The notes beneath the pieces were generated by a model. It did not search any database. It saw nothing but the letters and a program-made list of their open reading frames with translations, and was not told where the DNA came from. Shown here piece after piece: positions 8,467 to 16,779 of a DNA stretch of 24,593 bases; position 1 is the first letter of the stretch; the number at the start of each line of letters is the position of its first letter. This stretch comes from a virus. Taxonomy: Duplodnaviria > Caudoviricetes. The stretch is taken from the IMG/VR virus record IMGVR_UViG_3300017658_000252, positions 1 through 24,593 of that record. One strand, written 5' to 3'. A program made the translations under genes and the position numbers.

Positions 8467-9057
8467 TTACCATTGGATGTCATCCAATTGCTGCTGGGCG
8501 GGAAAATCGCCAAGGGCAGCAATCATGTCCTGTAATCTCTGCCTCTTACCCGTCAATTGGCCATGCGCCCTTGCAAATGCAGTAGCCTTGGTGGTAATTT
8601 TGGCCGCCAGATCTGCCTTACTTATACTTCGCGCTTCAGCAGCGCTATCCAGCCAGGGAGTATGGGCTTGAGGATTCGAAAACCATGCCTTTGCTTCCGC
8701 TTCCTGTAACGCCCAGCTCTTCACTTCTTCCTCCGGATAAACTGCTGTCAATTCCCTTACCTTGGACTGATAAGCAGTGTTGATACGAGTCACGGCCGCT
8801 GCTTTCATTTGATCCGGACTTAGTGCAGTCAATGAAGTGATTTGCTCTGATGCCGCAGCTTTCCATAGATCCACAAATGACTGAAACTCCGCTATGTTTG
8901 TGAGCAGCGTATTTGCAGTATCGTCATACTCTATGTGACCGCCCGTACCGTTCCACTGCACAGCGCGCACATTGGCCCTCAACGACGATAAGTCGACTCG
9001 CCTGAATACGCCATCTACTCCAACCGCGCTGTCGTCCCGAATGATTGTCACTCGCAT
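8467..9057 (-). CDS. Tail fibre assembly-like protein
   Basis: C-terminal YPEEEVKSWALQEAEAKAW..TPWLD..A.AR...LTGKRQ.L.D.I pattern resembles fibre assembly chaperones. Lies downstream of the fibre gene. Confidence 0.6.
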   Translation of the reverse strand: MRVTIIRDDSAVGVDGVFRRVDLSSLRANVRAVQWNGTGGHIEYDDTANTLLTNIAEFQSFVDLWKAAASEQITSLTALSPDQMKAAAVTRINTAYQSKVRELTAVYPEEEVKSWALQEAEAKAWFSNPQAHTPWLDSAAEARSISKADLAAKITTKATAFARAHGQLTGKRQRLQDMIAALGDFPAQQQLDDIQW

Positions 9058-9401
9058 ATCTCGCTCTGCTCCAATAAACCGTTACCCTGGACCTTCCCGT
9101 TCGCCATGTGCGCTGCCACTAGCAGCACTTGTTGCGTTTTCTCGCTGTGCTTCACCATCTCATTACGGAAGGATTCTGTGGCTGCGGCGCCCTTGCGGGA
9201 TTCGTTGGCAGTGTTGATCATCAACGTGGGCAGCCAGCCTATAGCGCATCCCCATGAATCGGTTTCCTGTCCCGTGTTGACATTTACGCCGCGAACCTGC
9301 ACATACCATGGACAGCGATAGAGGACAGGTTTGCCGTCTTCGAGCTTAAGCTCTTCACACTTTGCTCCCAGGGGACAATCTGCTGTACGTATTTCCATCA
9401 A
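9048..9401 (-). CDS. Conserved Cys-containing phage protein next to the tail fibre
   Basis: CPLG..C...CPWY..VRG.N.NTG.E.D.WGCAI.WLP.L.I...ESFRNEMV pattern. Overlaps both neighbouring genes. Confidence 0.7.
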   Translation of the reverse strand: MMEIRTADCPLGAKCEELKLEDGKPVLYRCPWYVQVRGVNVNTGQETDSWGCAIGWLPTLMINTANESRKGAAATESFRNEMVKHSEKTQQVLLVAAHMANGKVQGNGLLEQSEICE

Positions 9402-10294
9402 TCCTTACTCGCTATGATTATGTCGATGTATTGCACGGCAAGGTTGATGGCCGTGCCGGTAAAAATATGACTGTGTGAGCCACCGCCGCCTGTGCCGGCA
9501 TCCGTAATTGGCATTCCGGTAATAACTCCCCCCCCTCCACCGCTGGGGTTGGCTCCTCCACCTGATGTTCCATACACACTCAAACTATGGGTATGCGCCG
9601 GTATCTGCGCCGAGGTCAATGTCGTCGCGCTGTTCCAACCCGAAACCGCCTGCGACGTGAAGGCTGACGTGAAAGCGACTGAACCGCCGGAACCGCCACC
9701 GGTGCTTCCCACAACACGCAGTGCCTTATTATGATGCGCCGTGACCTGAGTCCAGCCTGCCGGAGCCGTCGCCTGAAAAAATGACATAACGGTTCCGGGA
9801 GGAATGAGGCTGGCAGGCGCAGCGCCTAGTGTCGCTCTCGCAGCTGACGCATCATCATCATCCAGCAAACTTCGGATATAGGAACTCAGATTCGCCAATG
9901 CGAATGTGCCCGGTCCAGTGAAATACGCCATCTTATCGGCCGCCGTTTCCAGGGCGCCAAGCGCCTGGAGATTTGGATTTGCAAGGGATTCCTGCAAGGC
10001 GATGCTGGTCACACCGGCAACGAAGTAATCGCCTGCTGCCCAGGTACGGGGAGCCGTACCGTCCAGTCCCCGTCCTCCTTGCGCGATGATTAAGCTGTCG
10101 GTCGTGCGTGCCTCGATTTTCACAATTTCCCGGTTGCCGGAAGCATCCTTGAATATGCCATAGAAATAATCGCCGATGCCTGGCGATGGAAAGAGAACGC
10201 CTTTTCCGGCCTCCACCGTGAAGCTCAACCCCGTTGTCCCACTGGGAGCGGAACTGATGATGGCCTTGCCAAAATTCGAGAACTTGAGTCCCAT
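9398..10294 (-). CDS. Tail fibre protein with a collar-like domain
   Basis: IPPGTVMSFFQATAPAGWTQV collar-like motif, His-knot motifs IPAHTHS and SHSH, Gly-rich segments and an AARATLGA fibre repeat. Confidence 0.8.
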   Translation of the reverse strand: MGLKFSNFGKAIISSAPSGTTGLSFTVEAGKGVLFPSPGIGDYFYGIFKDASGNREIVKIEARTTDSLIIAQGGRGLDGTAPRTWAAGDYFVAGVTSIALQESLANPNLQALGALETAADKMAYFTGPGTFALANLSSYIRSLLDDDDASAARATLGAAPASLIPPGTVMSFFQATAPAGWTQVTAHHNKALRVVGSTGGGSGGSVAFTSAFTSQAVSGWNSATTLTSAQIPAHTHSLSVYGTSGGGANPSGGGGGVITGMPITDAGTGGGGSHSHIFTGTAINLAVQYIDIIIASKD

Positions 10295-10297
10295 GTT

Positions 10298-10921
10298 TTA
10301 TCCTCGTCTCAGGATTGCTGTCTGGAAGGGCGCTCTGGCATAGCCTCTGGCTACCCTCATGCCTGCCGCTGCCGTCTTGATAATGAACTGTTGCTGGTGA
10401 TAGGCGGCCAGCTGGATATTGGTATAGGGCTTTTTAGGTGACAGCATTAGCCGCGCCATCGAGCCGTGAATGATGGCTTCGCGGTATTCATGAAATAGCG
10501 CGTCGTCAATCCCTGTACTGATGGCCGAAGGTTTTAACGCGACTGTTATTGTCAATACCCCGTTACTAACCGGAGTTGGAACCAGGGTCAGCGAAGATGG
10601 ACCGCCAAGAACATATCGTGGTTTGCCAGTTTGTCGGCGCAAGTTTTTGATCGTGATATTCTTCCCATAGGAAAAAGGCTCTATTTCTTCTCCATCCAAC
10701 ACTCCATGTATGATGGCATGAACTGCCGCGCCTTCCGGGGGGGAGTAGGCATATTCCGCAATGCCCCCCATTACGAAGACAGGCAGATGCTCGGTTTGCC
10801 AGGCCAGGGATTGCTCACAAAATGCTATAGCGGATTGACGCAATGCACCGTCAGCTGCAGCAGCCGGGCATCCAGGCAGATCTGGCATAAGCAGATCATA
10901 AAAATCGCTCCAGAATTTCAT
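10298..10921 (-). CDS. Head-tail adaptor / tail tubular protein A-like
   Basis: 207 aa. LPGCP....ALRQSAI.FCE and YREAII.G..ARLM..P.KPY patterns, positioned between head and fibre genes. Confidence 0.65.
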   Translation of the reverse strand: MKFWSDFYDLLMPDLPGCPAAAADGALRQSAIAFCEQSLAWQTEHLPVFVMGGIAEYAYSPPEGAAVHAIIHGVLDGEEIEPFSYGKNITIKNLRRQTGKPRYVLGGPSSLTLVPTPVSNGVLTITVALKPSAISTGIDDALFHEYREAIIHGSMARLMLSPKKPYTNIQLAAYHQQQFIIKTAAAGMRVARGYARAPFQTAILRRG

Positions 10922-11250
10922 GGTTGCGTCTCGGAGCCGAACAACTGCATGAACAGAGCCGCACGTCCGGAATTGACATGCTCATCGTCAGACATTTCTG
11001 CTCTGGCCGTGACATAATCTGCTACTGTCTGGAGGCATATAGGCGGTAGCGGAAAAGCATCATCCAGAGCGCGTTCCCCATCGGGCAGGTTATTGAACTC
11101 ACCTATGAACAGATCCGGCCGCCGTCTGAGAATCTGCAGCATTCCCTGATTGGCGAAGGACAGCAATACAGTATCCGAGTAACGTGTTTTGTCTTCATCA
11201 TTCAGCGGAATACGAGCCAGCTCAACGATTGACTGATATGAGAATGACAT
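10918..11250 (-). CDS. Putative head-tail connector/adaptor protein
   Basis: 110 aa. AR..LND.D..RYSD..LL..AN.G...I..RRPD pattern, coupled to both neighbours. Confidence 0.6.
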   Translation of the reverse strand: MSFSYQSIVELARIPLNDEDKTRYSDTVLLSFANQGMLQILRRRPDLFIGEFNNLPDGERALDDAFPLPPICLQTVADYVTARAEMSDDEHVNSGRAALFMQLFGSETQP

Positions 11251-11618
11251 CAGTCCGACATCTCGTTCTTGGAAAACAGGGCAATCACTTTATGCCGTAT
11301 GGTTCCCTCGTTTTGTCGCCTATCCAGCCGTTCGTTGTATTTGCGCTCGGCGAACTCAAGCAGAGCTTTTTTGCTCATGGAATGAAAGTCGATCACCGGC
11401 AACGGTTCTTCAACCGGTTTCTCTGCTAGCGCCAGTCCGATCGGCACAACGTTATCCAGCGTCTCGTCATGGACCCGCATCCAGGTATCGGAGTAGACGA
11501 GCAGCCTCTCAGCAACTTCAGCGCTTACATTCCGCACTTGATCTGGTTCCCAGCGCAGCCCTACGCCATTGATGCTGTCAATCTTGATGCCGGTGGCAAT
11601 ATATTTGACTTTTGGCAT
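11250..11618 (-). CDS. Hypothetical head-associated protein
   Basis: 122 aa with RBS GAGGA. C-terminal MSKKALLEFAERKYN resembles a HeH/LEM-like helix pair (inference). Confidence 0.65.
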   Translation of the reverse strand: MPKVKYIATGIKIDSINGVGLRWEPDQVRNVSAEVAERLLVYSDTWMRVHDETLDNVVPIGLALAEKPVEEPLPVIDFHSMSKKALLEFAERKYNERLDRRQNEGTIRHKVIALFSKNEMSD

Positions 11619-11630
11619 ATAAAATCCTCA

Positions 11631-11666
11631 ATAAAAAGGCGATTCCCAGAGACCCTGGGGATCGCC
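11631..11666 (-). terminator. Rho-independent terminator after the capsid and decoration genes
   Basis: Minus strand GGCGATCCCCAG-GGTCT-CTGGGAATCGCC-TTTTTATT. Confidence 0.8.
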
Positions 11667-11692
11667 CTTGACTTCCTGATTACTGCTTGTTT

Positions 11693-12133
11693 TTACTTGA
11701 TGCCTGTCGCCTCGCCCGTAACGATTGCAGTGATATTGCCCGACGCAAACGCAATGGCCGGTACAGTTACCGTCAAGATGACGTATACGTCCTTTTCGAA
11801 TTTGATGGGTTGAAATCTCAAGTCGGTAAGAGCCGGTCCGGATAAAATCGTTGTAGCCGCGGAAAAATAATCATCATCCTCGACAGGACCTTGTCCGGAG
11901 TCGACTGGGGTATAGCCGATTTTTACAGCAAATGTGGTGCCCCCTGTATCCATATCGTCATTTACTATCCGTAACGCCGTAACACTCATGCCAGCCGGGA
12001 TTCTGACCGGACGGTAGATGCTTCCAGCCACTCCGGATGAGGGCGTTGCTGTCCCATAAACCACTGCCGCGTTGCCATAGTTACCCATAGGCATCGCTTT
12101 GCTGTTCAGATCAGGTGCGCTAAAAGTGGCCAT
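11693..12133 (-). CDS. Capsid decoration/cement protein (putative)
   Basis: 146-aa beta-rich protein directly after the MCP and before a terminator. IPAGM.V......DDMDTG and DDDYF..A motifs. Confidence 0.6.
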   Translation of the reverse strand: MATFSAPDLNSKAMPMGNYGNAAVVYGTATPSSGVAGSIYRPVRIPAGMSVTALRIVNDDMDTGGTTFAVKIGYTPVDSGQGPVEDDDYFSAATTILSGPALTDLRFQPIKFEKDVYVILTVTVPAIAFASGNITAIVTGEATGIK

Positions 12134-12163
12134 TTATATCTATATCTCTCGAAAAAGTGATGG

Positions 12164-12193
12164 GTGAAAGCGGAACATTAAAGCCGCTTTCAC
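12164..12193. promoter_or_regulatory. Perfect 10-bp hairpin between the MCP and decoration genes
   Basis: GTGAAAGCGG...CCGCTTTCAC. No U-tract follows immediately on the minus strand, so it may stabilise mRNA or act as a weak terminator. Confidence 0.55.
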
Positions 12194-12224
12194 GTATCAA
12201 ACGGGTTAAAACGGTTAAAACGGA

Positions 12225-13496
12225 TTAAAGTGGTACAACCGAGTCAACCGCAATCACGCCAAAGTCGGTGGGTACCTTGAAACCTGTCCCATCGTCGATA
12301 GAAAAACGGGTTTTCGCTTTACCACAAACCTTCTCACCCATCACTTCCAGATTACTTTCAAAGTTATACCAATGCTCCTTCCACCCAAACTGCATTCCGC
12401 TGACCCTGGCTTTGCCATAAGCGACACCCAATGCTTGTGCACCCAATAATAATCCACGCTCGATCGCATAGCCGGCTGTCAATGCTCCATTGACAGCTTG
12501 ATCGGTTTCTGTTGCAGTTGCCGCATTCGCTGCGGTAATTATCTTCGTGCTTTCGCCAGGCATAAAGCGGATCGCGCGCTCATTCTTGATCACCAGAATG
12601 CCATTCCACATTCCAACCTCACCGGCAAACAATGGGTGGCGCTCGTCAAAATATGCCGCCCGATTGATGGCGTTCTGCTGAAATGCACGTAACGAACCTT
12701 CGGTCAAAAGGAGCGAGTACTGATTGGGTGTGGCGAGAAACACCCACATCTTGGAAGTTTGCGCGGCCCGATCCCCTGCCAGTTTGACGGATTGCAGCGG
12801 CTGATCCATGTCATCGAGCCTCTTGCGCAGCAGATCCAGATGCGATAAGCGCAGGGCATCTGTTGAAACGATGGACCCCAACTGCTGCCCCCCTGAAGTC
12901 AGATTGGCGCCGTTCACTACAAAATGGCGATTATAGGTAGGTGCCTTCACGGGGTTCACCATTATGGCACTGAAGTTCGGAGCGCTTTGAAGCGGTACTG
13001 TCCAATCCGAACCAGTTTGCGATCCGCGCGCCCCAGCAAGATGTACCAGTGTTTCCTGGGCGTCGAGACGGGGGAAATAACCTGACAACTGCGCCAGGGC
13101 AATTTCACGCAACTGATGTTTGGTGCGCTGCTGCGACATGCTGCCACCGGCATCAATGACCTTACTGGATAGATCGATTTTGATCTCCATTGAGGAGAAC
13201 GAAAGCGCACTGCCTCGTCCTTCACGATTGACATCGCCCATCAGCGGTTCGCCACCTACGGTATCGACCAGATCGAGGGATACGACATCGCCAGCACTCT
13301 TCATCAAATTATCGATACGCACAACAGGCATGCCCGGATTTGTTTGGCCGGCAATTTTCTGCATTGCTACCGAAGGCTCGACTGGACCGACAAGACTGTC
13401 AATCGCTGTGGATCCTTTGAGCGTATTGGCAAAGAGCGCTGCGCTATAGTGTTTGACTGCCAGTGAACTTCCGCTTGCTACGTTTGTTTCAGCCAT
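12225..13496 (-). CDS. Major capsid protein, N4-gp56 family (933W-like)
   Basis: 423 aa. PVVRI.NL.K.AGD.V, MGD...EGRG, DAGG.MSQQRTK, VHLAGARG, HPLF.GE.GMW.GIL, LLLGAQAL and DFGVIAVD motifs. Confidence 0.92.
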   Translation of the reverse strand: MAETNVASGSSLAVKHYSAALFANTLKGSTAIDSLVGPVEPSVAMQKIAGQTNPGMPVVRIDNLMKSAGDVVSLDLVDTVGGEPLMGDVNREGRGSALSFSSMEIKIDLSSKVIDAGGSMSQQRTKHQLREIALAQLSGYFPRLDAQETLVHLAGARGSQTGSDWTVPLQSAPNFSAIMVNPVKAPTYNRHFVVNGANLTSGGQQLGSIVSTDALRLSHLDLLRKRLDDMDQPLQSVKLAGDRAAQTSKMWVFLATPNQYSLLLTEGSLRAFQQNAINRAAYFDERHPLFAGEVGMWNGILVIKNERAIRFMPGESTKIITAANAATATETDQAVNGALTAGYAIERGLLLGAQALGVAYGKARVSGMQFGWKEHWYNFESNLEVMGEKVCGKAKTRFSIDDGTGFKVPTDFGVIAVDSVVPL

Positions 13497-13510
13497 TTAA
13501 TCAATAATCC

Positions 13511-14473
13511 TTAATCAAGCTCGGCTCTCAAGGCTGCCGCCTGATGCGTGGACATCTTCATCAACTTCTGAGCAAGTTCAAAAGGGCTCAGATTCTCAAG
13601 CTGCTCACGTTCAGAGGCTGGATTTGCTCCACCCTGAATATCCGATAGAGTTACAGGTTTCCTCACCGGGGCTGCCTCAAGCTTGGCTTGTACATCCGCC
13701 TTAATCATTCCCGGATCGGACTTCTTTTTTGGAGTGGAGGCTCCCGGCATAATCGCCCTGACACGCCGGACAACCTCCTGGAACCGTTCCGTATAAGGCT
13801 TTCCTGCCCACTTCGTATTGGTTCTCAAGATTTCGTCTTGCTTCAGTGCTTCTTCCCAGGCGTCAGCGTCATTACTTTCCCAATGTACGAGATCAGGATT
13901 ATTGTCTTTTGCCTCAGCGACTTGCTCCGTAATGCTCTGCTGGCTTATGCGCTCGGATTCCTCCTTTTCACGCTCCAACTCCCGCAGTGTTTGTTCCAGC
14001 CTTTCGCCCTGCTTCCGACTCCCCTCGAGCAGTGCACTGAGCACCTGATGAAGTTGAGGCATCTCTTCCTTCAGAGCCTCCAGATGCGTCTTGAGTTTTT
14101 CATCCAGCGCAATGGTCTCTATTTCCTTTGCTTCCTCTTTCCGCGTCAGGAATTCGTCGAGTTTGCCTTGCGCGGACTTTAGCTGCTCACGCAGTGCTGA
14201 GTTCTCTACCCGCAGTTCCTTGTGCTTCTTGTAGGGAATAGTTCCCTTGCCGCTCTTGTTCAGAACGACAGGCTCATCTTCGCCTTCATCGTCGCTCACT
14301 TTGCTGAACGCATCGTCTTTCCCATCAGAGCTGGATTTCTCCGTTCCCTCTTCCTCAGGTGCTTCCTGTGCGCCTAGAATTTCCGCAAGCTTGTCCGGGT
14401 CGCTTTCCAATATCTCGATTTGTTCCGGTGTAAGATTTGCGATTTGCTCATCCGTAAGCTGATCCACTTCCAT
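13511..14473 (-). CDS. Capsid scaffolding protein
   Basis: 320 aa with an acidic N-terminus, K.GK.TIPY motif and a long coiled coil. Immediately upstream of the MCP, RBS GGAGG. Confidence 0.75.
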   Translation of the reverse strand: MEVDQLTDEQIANLTPEQIEILESDPDKLAEILGAQEAPEEEGTEKSSSDGKDDAFSKVSDDEGEDEPVVLNKSGKGTIPYKKHKELRVENSALREQLKSAQGKLDEFLTRKEEAKEIETIALDEKLKTHLEALKEEMPQLHQVLSALLEGSRKQGERLEQTLRELEREKEESERISQQSITEQVAEAKDNNPDLVHWESNDADAWEEALKQDEILRTNTKWAGKPYTERFQEVVRRVRAIMPGASTPKKKSDPGMIKADVQAKLEAAPVRKPVTLSDIQGGANPASEREQLENLSPFELAQKLMKMSTHQAAALRAELD

Positions 14474-14574
14474 CTTTCCTCCAAACTACTTAACCCAGTG
14501 AGCGGGCCTGCCCTTGGCAGGGTTCAAAAAAGAAACCCCCGAGCAACACAAGAAGCGCATTGATCAGAGGTTTC
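14474..14574 (-). promoter_or_regulatory. Structured leader upstream of the scaffold gene
   Basis: Long hairpin GAAACCTCTGA..TCGGGGGTTTC followed by T6 (14526-14574), then hairpin CCTGCC-AAG-GGCAGG (14507-14521), then RBS GGAGG. Confidence 0.6.
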
Positions 14575-14627
14575 AGGAGACTACTACTGAAATATTGTCG
14601 CTAGCGTATTCGCATGAGTGAAAACCA

Positions 14628-14660
14628 ATAAAAAGCCGCCAGTGTTTCCAGAGGCGGCTC
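14628..14660 (-). terminator. Rho-independent terminator after cassette 2
   Basis: Minus strand AGCCGCC...GGCGGCT-TTTTATT. Confidence 0.8.
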
Positions 14661-14680
14661 GATAGGCCCCTGATTAAACG

Positions 14681-15418
14681 TTATTGCCGCAACATTCTCA
14701 AAGGAGATACTGGCACCCCGCCCATAGCCGTGGAGAAGCTTTCATTTCCAACCCATTGCTTGGCGTTCCGTACCCACATTCTCACCATGTCATAGTCCTG
14801 TGCGAGCGTTCTTGGCCCCATCTTGAAATAGGGACCATTTGCGTCCTCATAAGCTGTAGGCACGTTGTACTCTCCGAAAATCTTCACACCATCCAGATAA
14901 ACCTCACGCCAGCCCACAGCAGTTGTTTGCAGATTTATCCTGATCGTGATGTTGTACCAGCGCCCTTGCTGTAGTTTTGTGACTGCAACTGTCTTGCCTA
15001 TATTGCTTACAGCAGGCAACACCACAGCAGGGACATTCACAAAGAGCGTATCTCTGTCCACGAGACGCAAACCAATATTGACGTGCTTAACCAGCAACTC
15101 TTCCCCGGCATCCGGTGTCGGATACCAGGAACCGATGGTGGCAACGTTTTTCGTTGTCCACAGCGGATCAATCATGAAATCTACCGAGGACCAGCACTCG
15201 CCAGAATTAGGAAATGACCCGAACCGTATTTCGCTTCTATACCCGAAGTTTGTTTTCTGATCCGTCCCGTACAACGTTGTCCTGGCCACTCCGTTAATAA
15301 TCTCAAGTCGATCAGAAATTCCGGTCCGCATATCATCCCCCCGCCCAGCAACGCCATTTCCCTGTAAATACGTACCCGAGAAGTCAACGTCAAGAGGAAA
15401 ATTGAATAACTGAGTCAT
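14681..15418 (-). CDS. Polysaccharide lyase-like jelly-roll protein (cassette 2, gene B)
   Basis: RSEI, W....FMID..W, GRWY.I.I, G..EVY.DG and PYFKMG motifs resemble heparin lyase I / polysaccharide lyase families. No signal peptide. TGATG-coupled to the upstream gene. Confidence 0.65.
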   Translation of the reverse strand: MTQLFNFPLDVDFSGTYLQGNGVAGRGDDMRTGISDRLEIINGVARTTLYGTDQKTNFGYRSEIRFGSFPNSGECWSSVDFMIDPLWTTKNVATIGSWYPTPDAGEELLVKHVNIGLRLVDRDTLFVNVPAVVLPAVSNIGKTVAVTKLQQGRWYNITIRINLQTTAVGWREVYLDGVKIFGEYNVPTAYEDANGPYFKMGPRTLAQDYDMVRMWVRNAKQWVGNESFSTAMGGVPVSPLRMLRQ

Positions 15419-16290
15419 CAGAATGCGCTCTCCAAAATGAGGTGGCCCGGATTCGAGCGAAGCTGTTGAAAAACGCCCGTCAATGTCCCAACAGAGGGCA
15501 TTGTGTAGTTCGGTGGAAGCCTAAGTATTGCCAAAGCCCTCGTCGCCATTGCGATACCAAAAGTGGAGTTGGCAGACGCAGGAAAGAACGTACCTACGTT
15601 GAACGTGTTGGAATTGCGCGTGTCAATCCCGCCGACTAGGGAAGTGTATGAACCTTCAGAGAGAGAATACTCCTCGTCCACCCATATACCGTGCTGCTTA
15701 CCTTCGCCGTCCACGGCTATAGCGAAACTGTGCAGGCCGCCCGAAATGCTCTTGTGCGCATTTGAAGAATAGGCTTCGGTAGCGCCCGTGAGGGCAAAGC
15801 TAATGATTCCGCTTGTAGACAAAAAGATGCGAATGCCTCGCTGCCCTGCGGCTGTACCATAGCCATCTCCCATCATTCGGGCGTACGAACCCTCGGCTGT
15901 GACTTTGCCAAGCCACCAGATAATCAGCTTCTCGCCACTCGCATAATCGAAGTTCAGGTTGGGAATGCGCAATACGGAATCGGTTGCGCCGCTTGTCGGG
16001 TCAATCGTAGACGCATAGCCAGAATTTGTCGTCCAGAGTTGCGAAACAGACAGGTTCGCGCCGAGCGAAGCATGGTTTAATCCTGTCAGGTCGTAAAATT
16101 TATCGTCGTCTGCAACCTGGTTTCCGGCGAAGCCATGAAAGTGGTAATAAGGATGAAATGTGCCAGGATCGTCTGCTTTAGCAGAGCCCAGCGCTATCAG
16201 ATTATTCTCAACACTTTTATCAAAGGACACAACAGTTCCTTTTCCGTAGACATATCCTGCTACAGTTGTATCATTCAAAAATCGAATCAT
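15418..16290 (-). CDS. Shared N-terminal domain plus LamG-like body (cassette 2, gene A)
   Basis: First 37 aa are 24/37 identical to 18351-18926. The remainder is beta-rich and LamG-like (LHSFAIAVDG, IWVD, FNVG). Confidence 0.7.
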   Translation of the reverse strand: MIRFLNDTTVAGYVYGKGTVVSFDKSVENNLIALGSAKADDPGTFHPYYHFHGFAGNQVADDDKFYDLTGLNHASLGANLSVSQLWTTNSGYASTIDPTSGATDSVLRIPNLNFDYASGEKLIIWWLGKVTAEGSYARMMGDGYGTAAGQRGIRIFLSTSGIISFALTGATEAYSSNAHKSISGGLHSFAIAVDGEGKQHGIWVDEEYSLSEGSYTSLVGGIDTRNSNTFNVGTFFPASANSTFGIAMATRALAILRLPPNYTMPSVGTLTGVFQQLRSNPGHLILESAF

Positions 16291-16323
16291 ATTTGCCCTT
16301 TCCGTTTATTCAAATATCAAATC

Positions 16324-16576
16324 GTTCTCTACCCACAGCTCCTTGTGGAATAGTTCCCTTGCCGCTCCTGCTCAGAACGACAGGCTCATCTTCACCTTCA
16401 TCATCGCTCTCCTTACTGAGCATGCCATCCTTCACATTGAGTCCGGATTTCTCCTTTCCCTCTTCCTCCGGTACTTCCTCGTGCGCCTAGAATCTCCGCA
16501 AGCTTGCCCAGGTTGCTTTCCAATATCTCGATTTGTTCCGGGGTAAGATTTGCGAATTAAGCTGATCCACTTCCAT
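16324..16576 (-). pseudogene. Truncated, frameshifted 5' fragment of the scaffold gene
   Basis: ATG 16576 gives MEVDQL, then a ~10-nt deletion shifts frame to a TAG after 29 codons. There is a further +1 insertion and an 11-nt deletion. Remnant frame reads EEEGKEKSGLNVKDGMLSKESDDEGEDEPVVLSRSGKGTIP. Homology stops near scaffold codon 91. Confidence 0.9.
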
Positions 16577-16677
16577 CTTTCCTCCAAACTACTTAACCCA
16601 GTGAGCGGGCCTGCCTTGAGCAGGGTTCAAAAAAGAAACCCCCGAGCAACACAAGAAGCGTATTGATCAGGGGTTTC
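16577..16677 (-). promoter_or_regulatory. Second copy of the structured scaffold leader
   Basis: GAAACCCCTGA..TCGGGGGTTTC-T6 hairpin at 16629-16677, CCTGC..GCAGG hairpin and GGAGG RBS are all retained. Confidence 0.55.
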
Positions 16678-16727
16678 AACACTACGACTACATAATCGTC
16701 GCTCGTGCGTCGCATGAGCTAAAACCA

Positions 16728-16759
16728 ATAAAAAGCCGCCCTGTTTCCAGAAGCGGCTC
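16728..16759 (-). terminator. Rho-independent terminator after cassette 1
   Basis: Minus strand AGCCGCTT...GGGCGGCT-TTTTATT. Confidence 0.8.
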
Positions 16760-16779
16760 TTGATTGATTCTGTTTGGTT

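Larger units (their letters stand above)
14201..14660. repeat. Direct repeat copy 1 (terminator + leader + scaffold 5' end)
   Basis: Aligns with 16324-16759, e.g. the shared block gctgatccacttccatctttcctccaaactacttaacccagtgagcgggcctgcc. Confidence 0.95.
16324..16759. repeat. Direct repeat copy 2 (terminator + leader + scaffold 5' end)
   Basis: Diverged copy of 14201-14660 with substitutions and indels. Confidence 0.95.

Noticed and set aside
12199-12227. CRISPR-like or iteron array
   Set aside because: There are only three 9-10-nt units without spacers. No CRISPR array or RNA gene was recognised anywhere in the window.
12134-12230. Programmed frameshift or readthrough fusing the MCP to the decoration protein (CTT TAA)
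   Set aside because: The +1 frame that matches the downstream gene hits TAA after three codons. In-frame readthrough stays out of frame and stops at a TAG just inside the next gene.
14594-14623. Sigma70-like promoter TTCACT-N17-GACAAT on the minus strand upstream of the scaffold leader
   Set aside because: It matches only 4/6 in each box, lacks the first T of the -10 element, and is poorly conserved in the second repeat copy.
14201-16759. Repeat pair as a diversity-generating retroelement (TR/VR) or invertible shufflon
   Set aside because: Differences include indels and non-adenine changes, and the repeats are direct, not inverted. No reverse transcriptase or site-specific recombinase is in the window.
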